A stretch of DNA of 64,000 bases, taken from the NCBI RefSeq assembly GCF_009914755.1, contig NC_060937.1, one strand, 5' to 3'. How positions within the stretch are numbered: position 1 is the stretch's first letter; each line of letters starts with the position of its first letter. The position numbers were made by a program, and so were the translations under genes. Below, piece after piece: positions 1 through 15,361 of this stretch. The notes beneath the pieces are model-generated. The model was not told the DNA's origin. It was given only the letters and a program-made list of their open reading frames with translations, and did no database searches. The stretch comes from the human T2T-CHM13v2.0 reference genome, Homo sapiens.

Positions 1-1149
1 ATATTATATACTGCACATAAAATATCAAAGTACCCAAGGTATATATTCCATACTGTACAAAAAATATCAAAGTATCCAAAGCATATATTATATGCTGTAC
101 ATAAAATATGAAAGTACATGAAATATATATTTTATTCTCTACATAAAATATCAAAGTACACCAAATATATATTCTATACTGTACATAAAATATCAAGTTA
201 CCCAAACTATACATTATATACTGTACATAAAATATGAAATTACATCAAATATATATTATATTAGGTACATCAAATATGAAAGTACATCAAATATAGATTA
301 TATACTGTACATAAAATATCAAAGTACCCAAATATATATCATATACTGTACATGAAATATCAAAGTTCACAAACTATATATTATATACTGTACATAAAAT
401 ATAAAAGTACCCAAACTATACATTATATACTGTACATAAAATATGAAATTACATCAAATATATATTTTATTAGGTATGTAAAATATGAAAGTACATCAAA
501 TATAGATTCTATACTGTACATAAAATACCAAAGTACCCCAAATATATATTTAATACTGTACATGAAATATCAAAGTTCTCATACTGTATATTATATAGTG
601 CACATAAAATATCAAAGTACCCAAGGTATATATTCCATACAGTACAAAAATTATCAAAGTACCCAAAGCATATATTATATGCTGTACATAAAATATGAAA
701 GTACATCAAATATATATTTTATTCTGTACATAAAATATCAAAGTACACCCAATATATATTCTATACTGTACATAAAATATCAAGGTACCCAAACTATACA
801 TTATATACTGTACATAAAATATGAAATTACATCAAATATATATTATATTAGGTACATAAAATATGAAAGTACATCAAATATAGATTATATACTGTACATA
901 AAATATCAAAGTACCCAAATATATATCATATACTGTACATGAAATATCAAAGTTCACAAACTATATATTATATACTGTACATAAAATATCAAAGTACCCA
1001 CACTATACATTATATACTGTACATAAAATATGAAATTACATCAAATATATATTATATTAGGTATGTAAAATATGAAAGTACATCTAATATAGATTATATA
1101 CTGTATATAAAATACCAAAGTACCCCAAATATATATTTTATACTATACA

Positions 1150-4100
1150 TGAAATATCAAAGTTCTCAAACTATATATTATATACTGCACATAAAATATC
1201 AAAGTACCCAAGGTATATATTCCATACTGTACAAAAAATATCAAAGTACCCAAAGCATATATTTTATGCTGTACATAAAATATGAAAGTACATGAAATAT
1301 ATATTTTATTCTCTACATAAAATATCAAAGTACACCAAATATATATTCTATACTGTACATAAAATATCAAGGTACCCAAACTATACATTATATACTGTAC
1401 ATAAAATATGAAATTACATCAAATATATATTATATTAGGTACATAAAATATGAAAGTACATCAAATATAGATTATATACTGTACATAAAATATCAAAGTA
1501 CCCAAATATATATCATATACTGTACATGAAATATCAAAGTTCACAAACTATATATTATATACTGTACATAAAATATCAAAGTACCCAAACTATACATTAT
1601 ATACTGTACATAAAATATGAAATTACATCAAATATATATTATCTTAGGTATGTAAAATATGAAAGTACATCAAATATAGATTATATACTGTACATAAAAT
1701 ACCAAAGTACCCCAAATATATATTTTATACTGTACATGAAATATCAAAGTTCTCAAACTATATATTATATACTGCACATAAAATATCAAAGTACCCAAGG
1801 TATATATTCCATACTGTACAAAAAATATCAAAGTACCCAAAGCATATATTATATGCTGTACATAAAATATGAAAGTACATGAAATATATATTTTATTCTG
1901 TACATAATATATCAAAGTACACCAAATATATATTCTATACTGTACATAAAATATCAAGGTACCCAAACTATACATTATATACTGTACATAAAATATGAAA
2001 TTACATCAAAAATATATTATATTAGGTACATAAAATATGAAAGTACATCAAATATAGATTATATACTGTACATAAAATATCAAAGTACCCAAATATATAT
2101 CATATACTGTACATGAAATATCAAAGTTCACAAACTACATATTATATACTGTACATAAAATATCAAAGTACCCAAACTATACATTATATACTGTACATAA
2201 AATATGAAATTATATCAATTATATATTATATTAGGTATGTAAAATATGAAAGTACATCAAATAGAGGTTATATACTGTACATAAAATACCAAAGTACCCC
2301 AAATATATATTTTATACTGTACATGAAATATCAAAGTTCTCAAACTATATATTATATACTGCACATAAAATATCAAAGTACCCAAGGTATATATTCCATA
2401 CTGTACAAAAAATATCAAAGTACCCAAAGCATATATTATATGCTGTACATAAAATATGAAAGTACATCAAATATATATTTTATTCTGTACATAAAATATC
2501 AAAGTACACTAAATATATATTCTATACTGTACATAAAATATCAAGGTACCCAAACTATACATTATATACTGTACATAAAATATGAAATTACATCAAATAT
2601 AGATTATATACTGTACATAAAATATCAAAGTACCCAAATATATATCATATACTGTACATGAAATATCAAAGTTCACAAACTATATATTATATACTGTACA
2701 TAAAATATCAAGGTACCCAAACTATACATTATATACTGTACATAAAAGATGAAATTACATCAAATATATATTATCTTAGGTATGTAAAATATGAAAGTAC
2801 ATCAAATATAGATTATATACTGTACATAAAATACCAAAGTACCCCAAATATATATTTTATACTGTACATGAAATATCAAAGTTCTCAAACTATATATTAT
2901 ATAGTGCACATAAAATATCAAATTACCAATGGTATATATTCCATACTGTACAAAAAATATCAAAGTACCCAAAGCATATATTATATGCTGTACATAAAAT
3001 ATGAAAGTACATGAAATATATATTTTATTCTGTACATAAAATATCAAAGTACACCAAATATATATTCTATACTGTACATAAAATATCAAGGTACCCAAAC
3101 TATACATTATATACTGTACATAAAATATGAAATTACATCAAATATATATTATATTAGGTACATAAAATATGAAAGTACATCAAATATAGATTATATACTG
3201 TACATAAAATATCAAAGTACCCAAACTATACATTATATACTGTACTTAAAAGATGAAATTACATCAAATATATATTATATTAGGTATGTAAAATATGAAA
3301 GTACATCAAATATAGATTATATACTGTACATAAAATACCAAAGTACCCCAAATATATATTTTATACTGTACATGAAATATCAAAGTTCTCAAACTATATA
3401 TTATATACTACACATAAAATATCAAAGTACCCAAGGTATATATTCCATACTGTACAAAAAATATCAAAGTACCCAAAGCATATATTTTATGCTGTACATA
3501 AAATATGAAAGTACATGAAATATATATTTTATTCTCTACATAAAATATCAAAGTACACCAAATATATATTCTATACTGTACATAAAATATCAAGGTACCC
3601 AAACTATACATTATATACTGTACATAAAATATGAAATTACATCAAATATATATTATATTAGGTACATAAAATATGAAAGTACATCAAATATAGATTATAT
3701 ACTGTACATAAAATATCAAAGTACCCAAATATATATCATATACTGTACATGAAATATCAAAGTTCACAAACTATATATTATATACTGTACATAAAATATC
3801 AAAGTACCCAAACTATACATTATATACTGTACATAAAATATGAAATTACATCAAATATATATTATCTTAGGTATGTAAAATATGAAAGTACATCAAATAT
3901 AGATTATATACTGTACATAAAATACCAAAGTACCCCAAATATATATTTTATACTGTACATGAAATATCAAAGTTCTCAAACTATATATTATATACTGCAC
4001 ATAAAATATCAAAGTACCCAAGGTATATATTCCATACTGTACAAAAAATATCAAAGTACCCAAAGCATATATTATATGCTGTACATAAAATATGAAAGTA

Positions 4101-5590
4101 CATGAAATATATATTTTATTTTGTAAATAAAATATCAAAGTACACCAAATATATATTCTATACTGTACATAAAATATCAAGGTACCCAAACTATACATTA
4201 TATACTGTACATAAAATATGAAATTACATCAAAAATATATTATATTAGGTACATAAAATATGAAAGTACATCAAATATAGATTATATACTGTACATAAAA
4301 TATCAAAGTACCCAAATATATATCATATACTGTACATGAAATATCAAAGTTCACAAACTATATATTATATACTGTACATAAAATATCAAAGTACCCAAAC
4401 TATACATTATATACTGTACATAAAATATGAAATTACATCAATTATACATTATATTAGGTATGTAAAATATGAAAGTACATCAAATAGAGGTTATATACTG
4501 TACATAAAATACCAAAGTACCCCAAATATATATTTTATACTGTACATGAAATATCAAAGTTCTCAAACTATATATTATATACTGCACCTAAAATATCAAA
4601 GTACCCAAGGTATATATTCCATAATGTACAAAAAATATCAAAGTACCCAAAGCATATATTATATGCTGTACATAAAATATGAAAGTAGATGTAATATATA
4701 TTTTATTCTCTACATAAAATATCAAAGTACACCAAATATATATTCTATACTGTACATAAAATATCAAGTTACCCAAACTATACATTATATACAGTACATA
4801 AAATATGAAATTACATCAAATATAGATTATATACTGTACATAAAATATCAAAGTACCCAAATATATATCAGATACTGTACATGAAATATCAAAGTTCACA
4901 AACTATATATTATATACTGTACATAAAATATCAAGGTACCCAAACTATACATTATATACTGTACATAAAAGATGAAATTAAATCAAATATATATTATCTT
5001 AGGTATGTAAAATATGAAAGTACATCAAATATAGATTATATACTGTACATAAAATACCAAAGTACCCCAAATATATATTTTATACTGTACATGAAATATC
5101 AAAGTTCTCAAACTATATATTATATAGTGCACATAAAATATCAAAGTACCAATGGTATATATTCCATACTGTACAAAAAATATCAAAGTACCCAAAGCAT
5201 ATATTATGCTGTACATAAAATATGAAAGTACATGAAATATATATTTTATTCTGTACATAAAATATCAAAGTACACCAAATATATATTCTATACTGTACAT
5301 AAAATATCAAGGTACCCAAACTATACATTATATACTGTACATAAAATATGAAATTACATCAAATATATATTATATTAGGTACATAAAATATGAAAGTACA
5401 TCAAATATAGATTATATACTGTACATAAAATATCAAAGTACCCAAACTATACATTATATACTGTACATAAAAGATGAAATTACATCAAATATATATTATA
5501 TTAGGTATGTAAAATATGAAAGTACATCAAATATAGATTATATACTGTACATAAAATACCAAAGTACCCCAAATATATATTTTATACTGT
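1150..5590. repeat. Tandem duplication, 2223-bp period (53 monomers: 14+13+12+14)
   Basis: ORF offsets 1526/3749, 1670/3893, 2113/4336, 2658/4881, 2802/5025 all equal 2223; shared rare variants ACCAATGGT (~2926, ~5149), ATAGAGGTTA (~2261, ~4484), ATTTTATGCT (~1261, ~3484). Confidence 0.85.
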
Positions 5591-7269
5591 ACATGAAATA
5601 TCAAAGTTCTCAAACTATATATTATATACTGCACATAAAATATCAAAGTACCCAAGGTATATATTCCATACTGTACAAAAAATATCAAAGTACCCAAAGC
5701 ATATATTATATGCTGTACATAAAATATGAAAGTACATCAAATATATATTTTATTCTGTACATAAAATATCAAAGTACACCAAATATATATTCTATACTGT
5801 ACATAAAATATCAAGGTACCCAAACTATACATTATATACTGTACATAAAATATGAAATTACATCAAATATATATTATATTAGGTACATAAAATATGAAAG
5901 TACATCAAATATAGATTATATACTGTACATAAAATATCAAAGTACCCAAATATATATCATATACTGTACATGAAATATCAAAGCTCACACACTATATATT
6001 ATATACTGTACATAAAATATCAATGTACCCAAACTATACTTTATATACTGTACATAAAATATGAAATTACATCAATTATATATTATATTAGGTATGTAAA
6101 ATATGAAAGTACATCAAATAGAGGTTATATACTGTACATAAAATACCAAAGTACCCCAAATATATATTTTATACTGTACATGAAATATCAAAGTTCTCAA
6201 ACTATATATTATATACTGCACATAAAATATCAAAGTACCCAAGGTATATATTCCATAATGTACAAAAAATATCAAAGTACCCAAAGCATATATTATATGC
6301 TGTACATAAAATATGAAAGTAGATGTAATATATATTTTATTCTCTACATAAAATATCAAAGTACACCAAATATATATTCTATACTGTACATAAAATATCA
6401 AGGTACCCAAACTATACATTATCTACTGTACATAAAATATGAAATTACATCAAATATATATTATATTAGGTACATAAAATATGAAAGTACATCAAATATA
6501 GATTATATACTGTACATAAAATATCAAAGTACCCAAATATATATCATATACTGTACATGAAATATCAAAGTTCACAAACTATATATTATATACTGTACAT
6601 AAAATAGCAAAGTACCCAAACTATACATTATATACTGTACATAAAAGATGAAATTACATCAAATATATATTATCTTAGGTATGGAAAATATGAAAGTACA
6701 TCAAATATAGATTATATACTGTACATAAAATACCAAAGTACCCCAAATATATATTTTATACTGTACATGAAATATCGAAGTTCTCAAACTATATATTATA
6801 TACTGCACATAAAATATCAAAGTACCCAAGGTATATATTCCATACTGTACAAAAAATATCAAAGTACCCAAAGCATATATTATATGCTGTACATAAAATA
6901 TGAAAGTACATGAAATATATATTTTATTCTGTACATAAAATATCAAAGTACACCAAATATATATTCTATACTGTACATAAAATATCAAGGTACCCAAACT
7001 ATACATTATATACTGTACATAAAATATGAAATTACATCAAATATATATTATATTAGGTACATAAAATATGAAAGTACATCAAATATAGATTATATACTGT
7101 ACATAAAATATCAAAGTACCCAAACTATACATTATATACTGTACATAAAATATGAAATTACATCAAATATATATTATATTAGGTATGTAAAATATGAAAG
7201 TACATCAAATATAGATTATATACTGTACATAAAATACCAAAGTACCCCAAATATATATTTTATACTGTA

Positions 7270-10200
7270 CATGAAATATCAAAGTTCTCAAACTATATAT
7301 TATATACTGCACATAAAATATCAAAGTACCCAAGGTATATATTCCATACTGTACAAAAAATATCAAAGTACCCAAAGCATATATTATATGCTGTACATAA
7401 CATATGAAAGTACATCAAATATATATTTTATTCTGTACATAAAATATCAAAGTACACCAGATATATATTCTATACTGTACATAAAATATCAAGGTACCCA
7501 AACTATACATTATATACTGTACATAAAATATGAAATTACATCAAATATATATTATATTAGGTACATAAAATATGAAAGTACATCAAATATAGATTATATA
7601 CTGTACATAAAATATCAAAGTACCCAAATATATATCATATACTCTACATGAAATATCAAAGCTCACACACTATATATTATATACTGTACATAAAATATCA
7701 AAGTACCCAAACTATACTTTATATACTGTACATAAAATATGAAATTACATCAAATATATATTTTATTAGGTATGTAAAATATGAAAGTACATCAAGTATA
7801 GATTTTATACTGTACATAAAATACCAAAGTACCCCAAATATATATTTTATACTGTACATGAAATATCAAAGTTCTCAAACCATATATTATATACTGCACA
7901 TAAAATATCAAAGTACACAAGGTATATATTACATACTGTACAAAAAATATCAAAGTACCCAAAGCATATATTATATGCTGTACAAAAAATATGAAAGTAC
8001 ATGAAATATATATTTTATTCTCTACATAAAATATCAAAGTACACCAAATATATATTCTATACTGTACATAAAATATCAAGGTACCCAAACTATACATTAT
8101 ATACTGTACATAAGATATGAAATTACATCAAATATATATTATATTAGGTACATAAAATATGAAAGTACATCAAATATAGATTATATACTGTACATAAAAT
8201 ATCAAAGTACCCAAATATATATCATATACTGTACATGAAATATCAAAGTTCACAAACTATATATTATATACTGTACATAAAATATCAAAGTACCCAAACT
8301 ATACATTTTATACTGTACATAAAATATGAAATTACATCAAATATATATTTTATTAGGTATGTAAAATATGAAAGTACATCAAATATAGATTATATACTGT
8401 ACATAAAATACCAAAGTACCCCAAATATATATTCTATACTGTACATGAAATATCAAAGTTCTCAAACTATATATTATATAGTGCACATAAAATATCAAAG
8501 TACCCAAGGTATATATTCCATACTGTACAAAAAATATCAAAGTACCCAAAGCATATATTATATGCTGTACATAAAATATGAAAGTACATGAAATATATAT
8601 TTTATTCTGTACATAAAATATCAAAGTACACCAAATATATATTCTATACTGTACATAAAATATCAAGGTACCCAAACTATACATTATATACTGTACATAA
8701 GATATGAAATTACATCAAATATATATTATATAAGGTACATAAAATATGAAAGTACATCAAACATAGCTTATATACTGTACATAAAATATCAAAGTACCCA
8801 AATATATATCATATACTGTACATGAAATATCAAAGTTCACAAACTATATATTATATACTGTACATAAAATATCAAAGTACCCAAACTATACATTATATAC
8901 TGTACATAAAAGATGAAATTACATCAAATATATATTATATTAGGTAAGTAAAATATGAAAGTACATCAAATATAGATTATATACTGTACATAAAATACCA
9001 AAGTACCCCAAATATATATTTTATACTGTACATGAAATATCAAAGTTCTCAAACTATATATTATATACTGCACATAAAATATCAAAGTACCCAAAGTATA
9101 TATTCCATACTGTACAAAAAATATCAAAGTACCCAAAGCATATATTATATGCTGTACATAAAATATGAAAGTACATCAAATATATATTTTATTCTGTACA
9201 TAAAATATCAAAGTACACCAAATATATATTCTATACTGTACATAAAATATCAAGGTACCCAAACTATACATTATATACTGTACATAAAATATGAAATTAC
9301 ATCAAATATATATTATATTAGGTACATAAATTATGAAAGTACATCAAATATAGATTATATACTGTACATAAAATATCAAAGTACCCAAATATATATCATA
9401 TACTGTACATGAAATATCAAAGCTCACACACTATATATTATATACTGTACATAAAATATCAAAGTACCCAAACTATACTTTATATACTGTACATAAAATA
9501 TGAAATTACATCAAATATATATTTTATTAGGTATGTAAAATATGAAAGTACATCAAGTATAGATTTTATACTGTACATAAAATACCAAAGTACCCCAAAT
9601 ATATATTTTATACTGTACATGAAATATCAAAGTTCTCAAACTATATATTATATACTGCACATAAAATATCAAAGTACCCAAGGTATATATTACATACTGT
9701 ACAAAAAATATCAAAGTACCCAAAGCATATATTATATGCTGTACATAAAATATGAAAGTACATGAAATATATATTTTATTCTCTACATAAAATATCAAAG
9801 TACACCAAATATATATTCTATACTGTACATAAAATATCAAGGTACCCAAACTATACATTATATACTGTACATAAGATATGAAATTACATCAAATATATAT
9901 TATATTAGGTACATAAAATATGAAAGTACATCAAATATAGATTATATACTGTACATAAAATATCAAAGTACCCAAATATATATCATATACTGTAGATGAA
10001 ATATCAAAGTTCACAAACTATATATTATATACTGTACATAAAATATCAAAGTACCCAAACTATACATTTTATACTGTACATAAAATATGAAATTACATCA
10101 AATATATATTTTATTAGGTATGTAAAATATGAAAGTACATCAAATATAGATTATATACTGTACATAAAATACCAAAGTACCCCAAATATATATTCTATAC

Positions 10201-12930
10201 TGTACATGAAATATCAAAGTTCTCAAACTATATATTATATAGTGCACATAAAATATCAAAGTACCCAAGGTATATATTCCATACTGTACAAAAAATATCA
10301 AAGTACCCAAAGCATATATTATATGCTGTACATAAAATATGAAAGTACATGAAATATATATTTTATTCTGTACATAAAATATCAAAGTACACCAAATATA
10401 TATTCTATACTGTACATAAAATATCAAGGTACCCAAACTATACATTATATACTGTACATAAGATATGAAATTACATCAAATATATATTATATAAGGTACA
10501 TAAAATATGAAAGTACATCAAACATAGCTTATATACTGTACATAAAATATCAAAGTACCCAAATATATATCATATACTGTACATGAAATATCAAAGTTCA
10601 CAAACTATATATTATATACTGTACATAAAATATCAAAGTACCCAAACTATACATTTTATACTGTACATAAAAGATGAAATTACATCAAATATATATTTTA
10701 TTAGGTATGTAAAATATGAAAGTACATCAAATATAGATTATATACTGTACATAAAATACCAAAGTACCCCAAATATATATTCTATACTGTACATGAAATA
10801 TCAAAGTTCTCAAACTATATATTATATAGTGCACATAAAATATCAAAGTACCCAAGGTATATATTCCATACTGTACAAAAAATATCAAAGTACCCAAAGC
10901 ATATATTATATGCTGTACATAAAATATGAAAGTACATCAAATATATATTTTATTCTGTACATAAAATATCAAAGTACACCAAATATATATTCTATACTGT
11001 ACATAAAATATCAAGGTACCCAAACTACACATTATATACTGTACATAAAATATGAAATTACATCAAATATATATTATATTAGGTACATAAAATATGAAAG
11101 TACATCAAATATAGATTATATACTGTACATAAAATATCAAAGTACCCAAATATATATCATATACTGTACATGAAATATCAAAGCTCACACACTATATATT
11201 ATATACTGTACATAAAATATCAAAGTACCCAAACTATACTTTATATACTGTACATAAAATATGAAATTACATCAAATATATATTTTATTAGGTATGTAAA
11301 ATATGAAAGTACATCAAGTATAGATTTTATACTGTACATAAAATACCAAAGTACCCCAAATATATATTTTATACTGTACATGAAATATCAAAGTTCTCAA
11401 ACTATATATTATATACTGCACATAAAATATCAAAGTACCCAAGGTATATATTACATACTGTACAAAAAATATCAAAGTACCCAAAGCATATATTATATGC
11501 TGTACATAAAATATGAAAGTACATGAAATATATATTTTATTCTGTACATAAAATATCAAAGTACACCAAATATATATTCTATACTGTACATAAAATATCA
11601 AGGTACCCAAACTATACATTATATACTGTACATAAGATATGAAATTACATCAAATATATATTATATTAGGTACATAAAATATGAAAGTACATCAAATATA
11701 GATTATATACTGTACATAAAATATCAAAGTACCCAAATATATATCATATACTGTACATGAAATATCAAAGTTCACAAACTATATATTATATACTGTACAT
11801 AAAATATCAAAGTACCCAAACTATACATTTTATACTGTACATAAAATATGAAATTACATCAAATATATATTTTATTAGGTATGTAAAATATGAAAGTACA
11901 TCAAATATAGATTATATACTGTACATAAAATACCAAAGTACCCCAAATATATATTCTATACTGTACATGAAATATCAAAGTTCTCAAACTATATATTATA
12001 TAGTGCACATAAAATATCAAAGTACCCAAGGTATATATTCCATACTGTACAAAAAATATCAAAGTACCCAAAGCATATATTATATGCTGTACATAAAATA
12101 TGAAAGTACATGAAATATATATTTTATTCTGTACATAAAATATCAAAGTACACCAAATATATATTCTATACTGTACATAAAATATCAAGGTACCCAAAGT
12201 ATACATTATATACTGTACATAAGATATGAAATTACATCAAATATATATTATATAAGGTACATAAAATATGAAAGTACATCAAACATAGCTTATATACTGT
12301 ACATAAAATATCAAAGTACCCAAATATATATCATATACTGTACATGAAATATCAAAGTTCACAAACTATATATTATATACTGTACATAAAATATCAAAGT
12401 ACCCAAACTATACATTATATACTGTACATAAAATCTGAAATTCCATCAAATATATATTATATTAGGTATGTAAAATATGAAAGTACATCAAATATAGATT
12501 ATATACTGTACATAAAATACCAAAGTACCCCAAATATATATTTTATACTGTATATGAAATATCAAAGTTCTCAAACTATATATTATATACTGCACATAAA
12601 ATATCAAAGTACCCAAGGTATATATTCCATACTGTACAAAAAATATCAAAGTACCCAAAGCATATATTATATGCTGTACATAAAATATGAAAGTACATCA
12701 AATATATATTTTATTCTGTACATAAAATATCAAAGTACACCAAATATATATTCTATACTGTACATAAAATATCAAGGTACCCAAACTATACATTATATAC
12801 TGTACATAAAATATGAAATTACATCAAATATATATTATATTAGGTACATAAAATATGAAAGTACATCAAATATAGATTATATACTGTACATAAAATATCA
12901 AAGTACCCAAATATATATCATATACTGTAC
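7270..12930. repeat. 1761-bp super-HOR (3x587; 42 monomers), about 3 copies
   Basis: ORF offsets 7648/9409/11170, 7792/9553/11314, 8235/9996/11757, 8379/10140/11901; markers CAAGTATAGATTTT and AAACATAGCTTAT recur every 1761 bp. Confidence 0.9.
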
Positions 12931-15361
12931 ATGAAATATCAAAGTTCACAAACTATATATTATAAACTGTACATAAAATATCAAAGTACCCAAACTATAC
13001 ATTATATACTGTACATAAAATATGAAATTACATCAAATATATATTTTATTAGGTATGTAAAATATGAAAGTACATCAAATATAGATTATATACTGTACAT
13101 AAAATACCAAAGTACCCCAAATATATATTTAATACTGTACATGAAATATCAAAGTTCTCAAACTGTATATTATATAGTGCACATAAAATATCAAAGTACC
13201 CAAGGTATATATTCCATACTGTACAAAAATTATCAAAGTACCCAAAGCATATATTATATGCTGTACATAAAATATGAAAGTACATCAAATATATATTTTA
13301 TTCTGTACATAAAATATCAAAGTACACCCAATATATATTCTATACTGTACATAAAATATCAAGGTACCCAAACTATACATTATTTACTGTACATAAAATA
13401 TGAAATTACATCAAATATATATTATATTAGGTACATAAAATATGAAAGTACATCAAATATAGATTATATACTGTACATAAAATCTCAATGTACCCAAATA
13501 TATATCATATACTGTACATGAAATATCAAAGTTCAGAAACTATATATTATATACTGTACATAAAATATCAAAGTACCCAAACTATACATTATATACTGTA
13601 CATAAAAGATGAAATTACATCAAATATATATTATATTAGGTATGTAAAATATGAAAGTACATCAAATATAGATGATATACTGTACATAAAATACCAAAGT
13701 ACCCCAAATATATATTTTATACTGTACATGAAATATCAAAGTTCTCAAACTATATATTATATACTGCACATAAAATGTCAAAGTACCCAAGGTATATATT
13801 CCATACTGTACAAAAAATATCAAAGTACCCAAAGCATATATTATATGCTGTAAATAAAATATGAAAGTACATCAAATATATATTTTATTCTGTACATAAA
13901 ATATCAAAGTACACCAAATATATATTCTATACTGTACATAAAATATCAAGGTAACCAAACTATACATTATATACTGTACATAAGATATGAAATTACATCA
14001 AATATATATTATATTAGGTACATAAAATATGAAAGTACATCAAATATAGATTATATACTGTACATAAAATATCAAAGTACCCAAATATATATCATATACT
14101 GTACATGAAATATCAAAGTTCACAAACTATATATTATATACTGTACATAAAATATCAAAGTACCCAAATATATATCATATACTGTACATGAAATATCAAA
14201 GTTCACAAACTATATATTATATACTGTACATAAAATATCAAGGTACCCACACTATACATTATATACTGTACATAAAATATGAAATTACATCAAATATATA
14301 TTATATTAGGTATGTAAAATATGAAAGTACATCAAATATAGATTATATACTGTACATAAAATACCAAAGTACCCCAAATATATATTTTATACTGTACATG
14401 AAATATCAAAGTTCTCAAACTATATATTATATAGTGCACATAAAATATCAAAGTACCCAAGGTATATATTCCATACTGTACAAAAATTATCAAAGTACCC
14501 AAAGCATATATTATATGCTGTACATAAAATATGAAAGTACATCAAATATATATTTTATTCTGTACATAAAATATCAAAGTACACCCAATATATATTCTAT
14601 ACTGTACATAAAATATCAAGGTACCCAAACTATACATTATTTACTGTACATAAAATATGAAATTACATCAAATATATATTATATTAGGTACATAAAATAT
14701 GAAAGTACATCAAATATAGATTATATACTGTACATAAAATCTCAAAGTACCCAAATATATATCATATACTGTACATGAAATATCAAAGTTCAGAAACTAT
14801 ATATTATATACTGTACATAAAATATCAAAGTACCCAAACTATACATTATATACTGTACATAAAAGATGAAATTACATCAAATATATATTATATTAGGTAT
14901 GTAAAATATGAAAGTACATCAAATATAGATTATATACTGTACATAAAATACCAAAGTACCCCAAATATATATTTTATACTGTACATGAAATATCAAAGTT
15001 CTCAAACTATATATTATATAATGCACATAAAATATCAAAGTACCCAAGGTATATATTCCATAATGTACAAAAATTATCAAAGTACCCAAAGCATATATTA
15101 TATGCTGTACATAAAATATGAAAGTACATCAATTATATATTTTATTCTGTACATAAAATATCAAAGTACACCAAATATATATTCTATACTGTACATAAAA
15201 TATCAAGGTACCCAAACTATACATTATATACTGTACATAAGATATGAAATTACATCAAATATATATTATATTAGGTACATAAAATATGAAAGTACATCAA
15301 ATATAGATTATATACTCTACATAAAATATCAAAGTACCCAAATATATATCATATACTGTAC
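12931..15361. repeat. 1257-bp duplication (2x587 plus an 83-bp extra A+I* pair)
   Basis: Markers CATTATTTACTG (~13378, ~14635), AAATCTCAA (~13480, ~14737), GTTCAGAAAC (~13531, ~14788), CAAAAATTATC (~13224, ~14481); unit starts at 14105 and 14188 are 83 bp apart. Confidence 0.8.

Noticed and set aside
939-942. ATGA stop/start overlaps between consecutive ORFs resembling translational coupling
   Set aside because: They follow automatically from the 1-bp deletion in I* upstream of the motif GTACATGAAA.
4681-4700. AGTAGATGTAAT as a micro-inversion of CATC (also ~6318)
   Set aside because: More simply two substitutions on the common CATGAAAT variant, with which it shares the linked TTCTCTAC marker.
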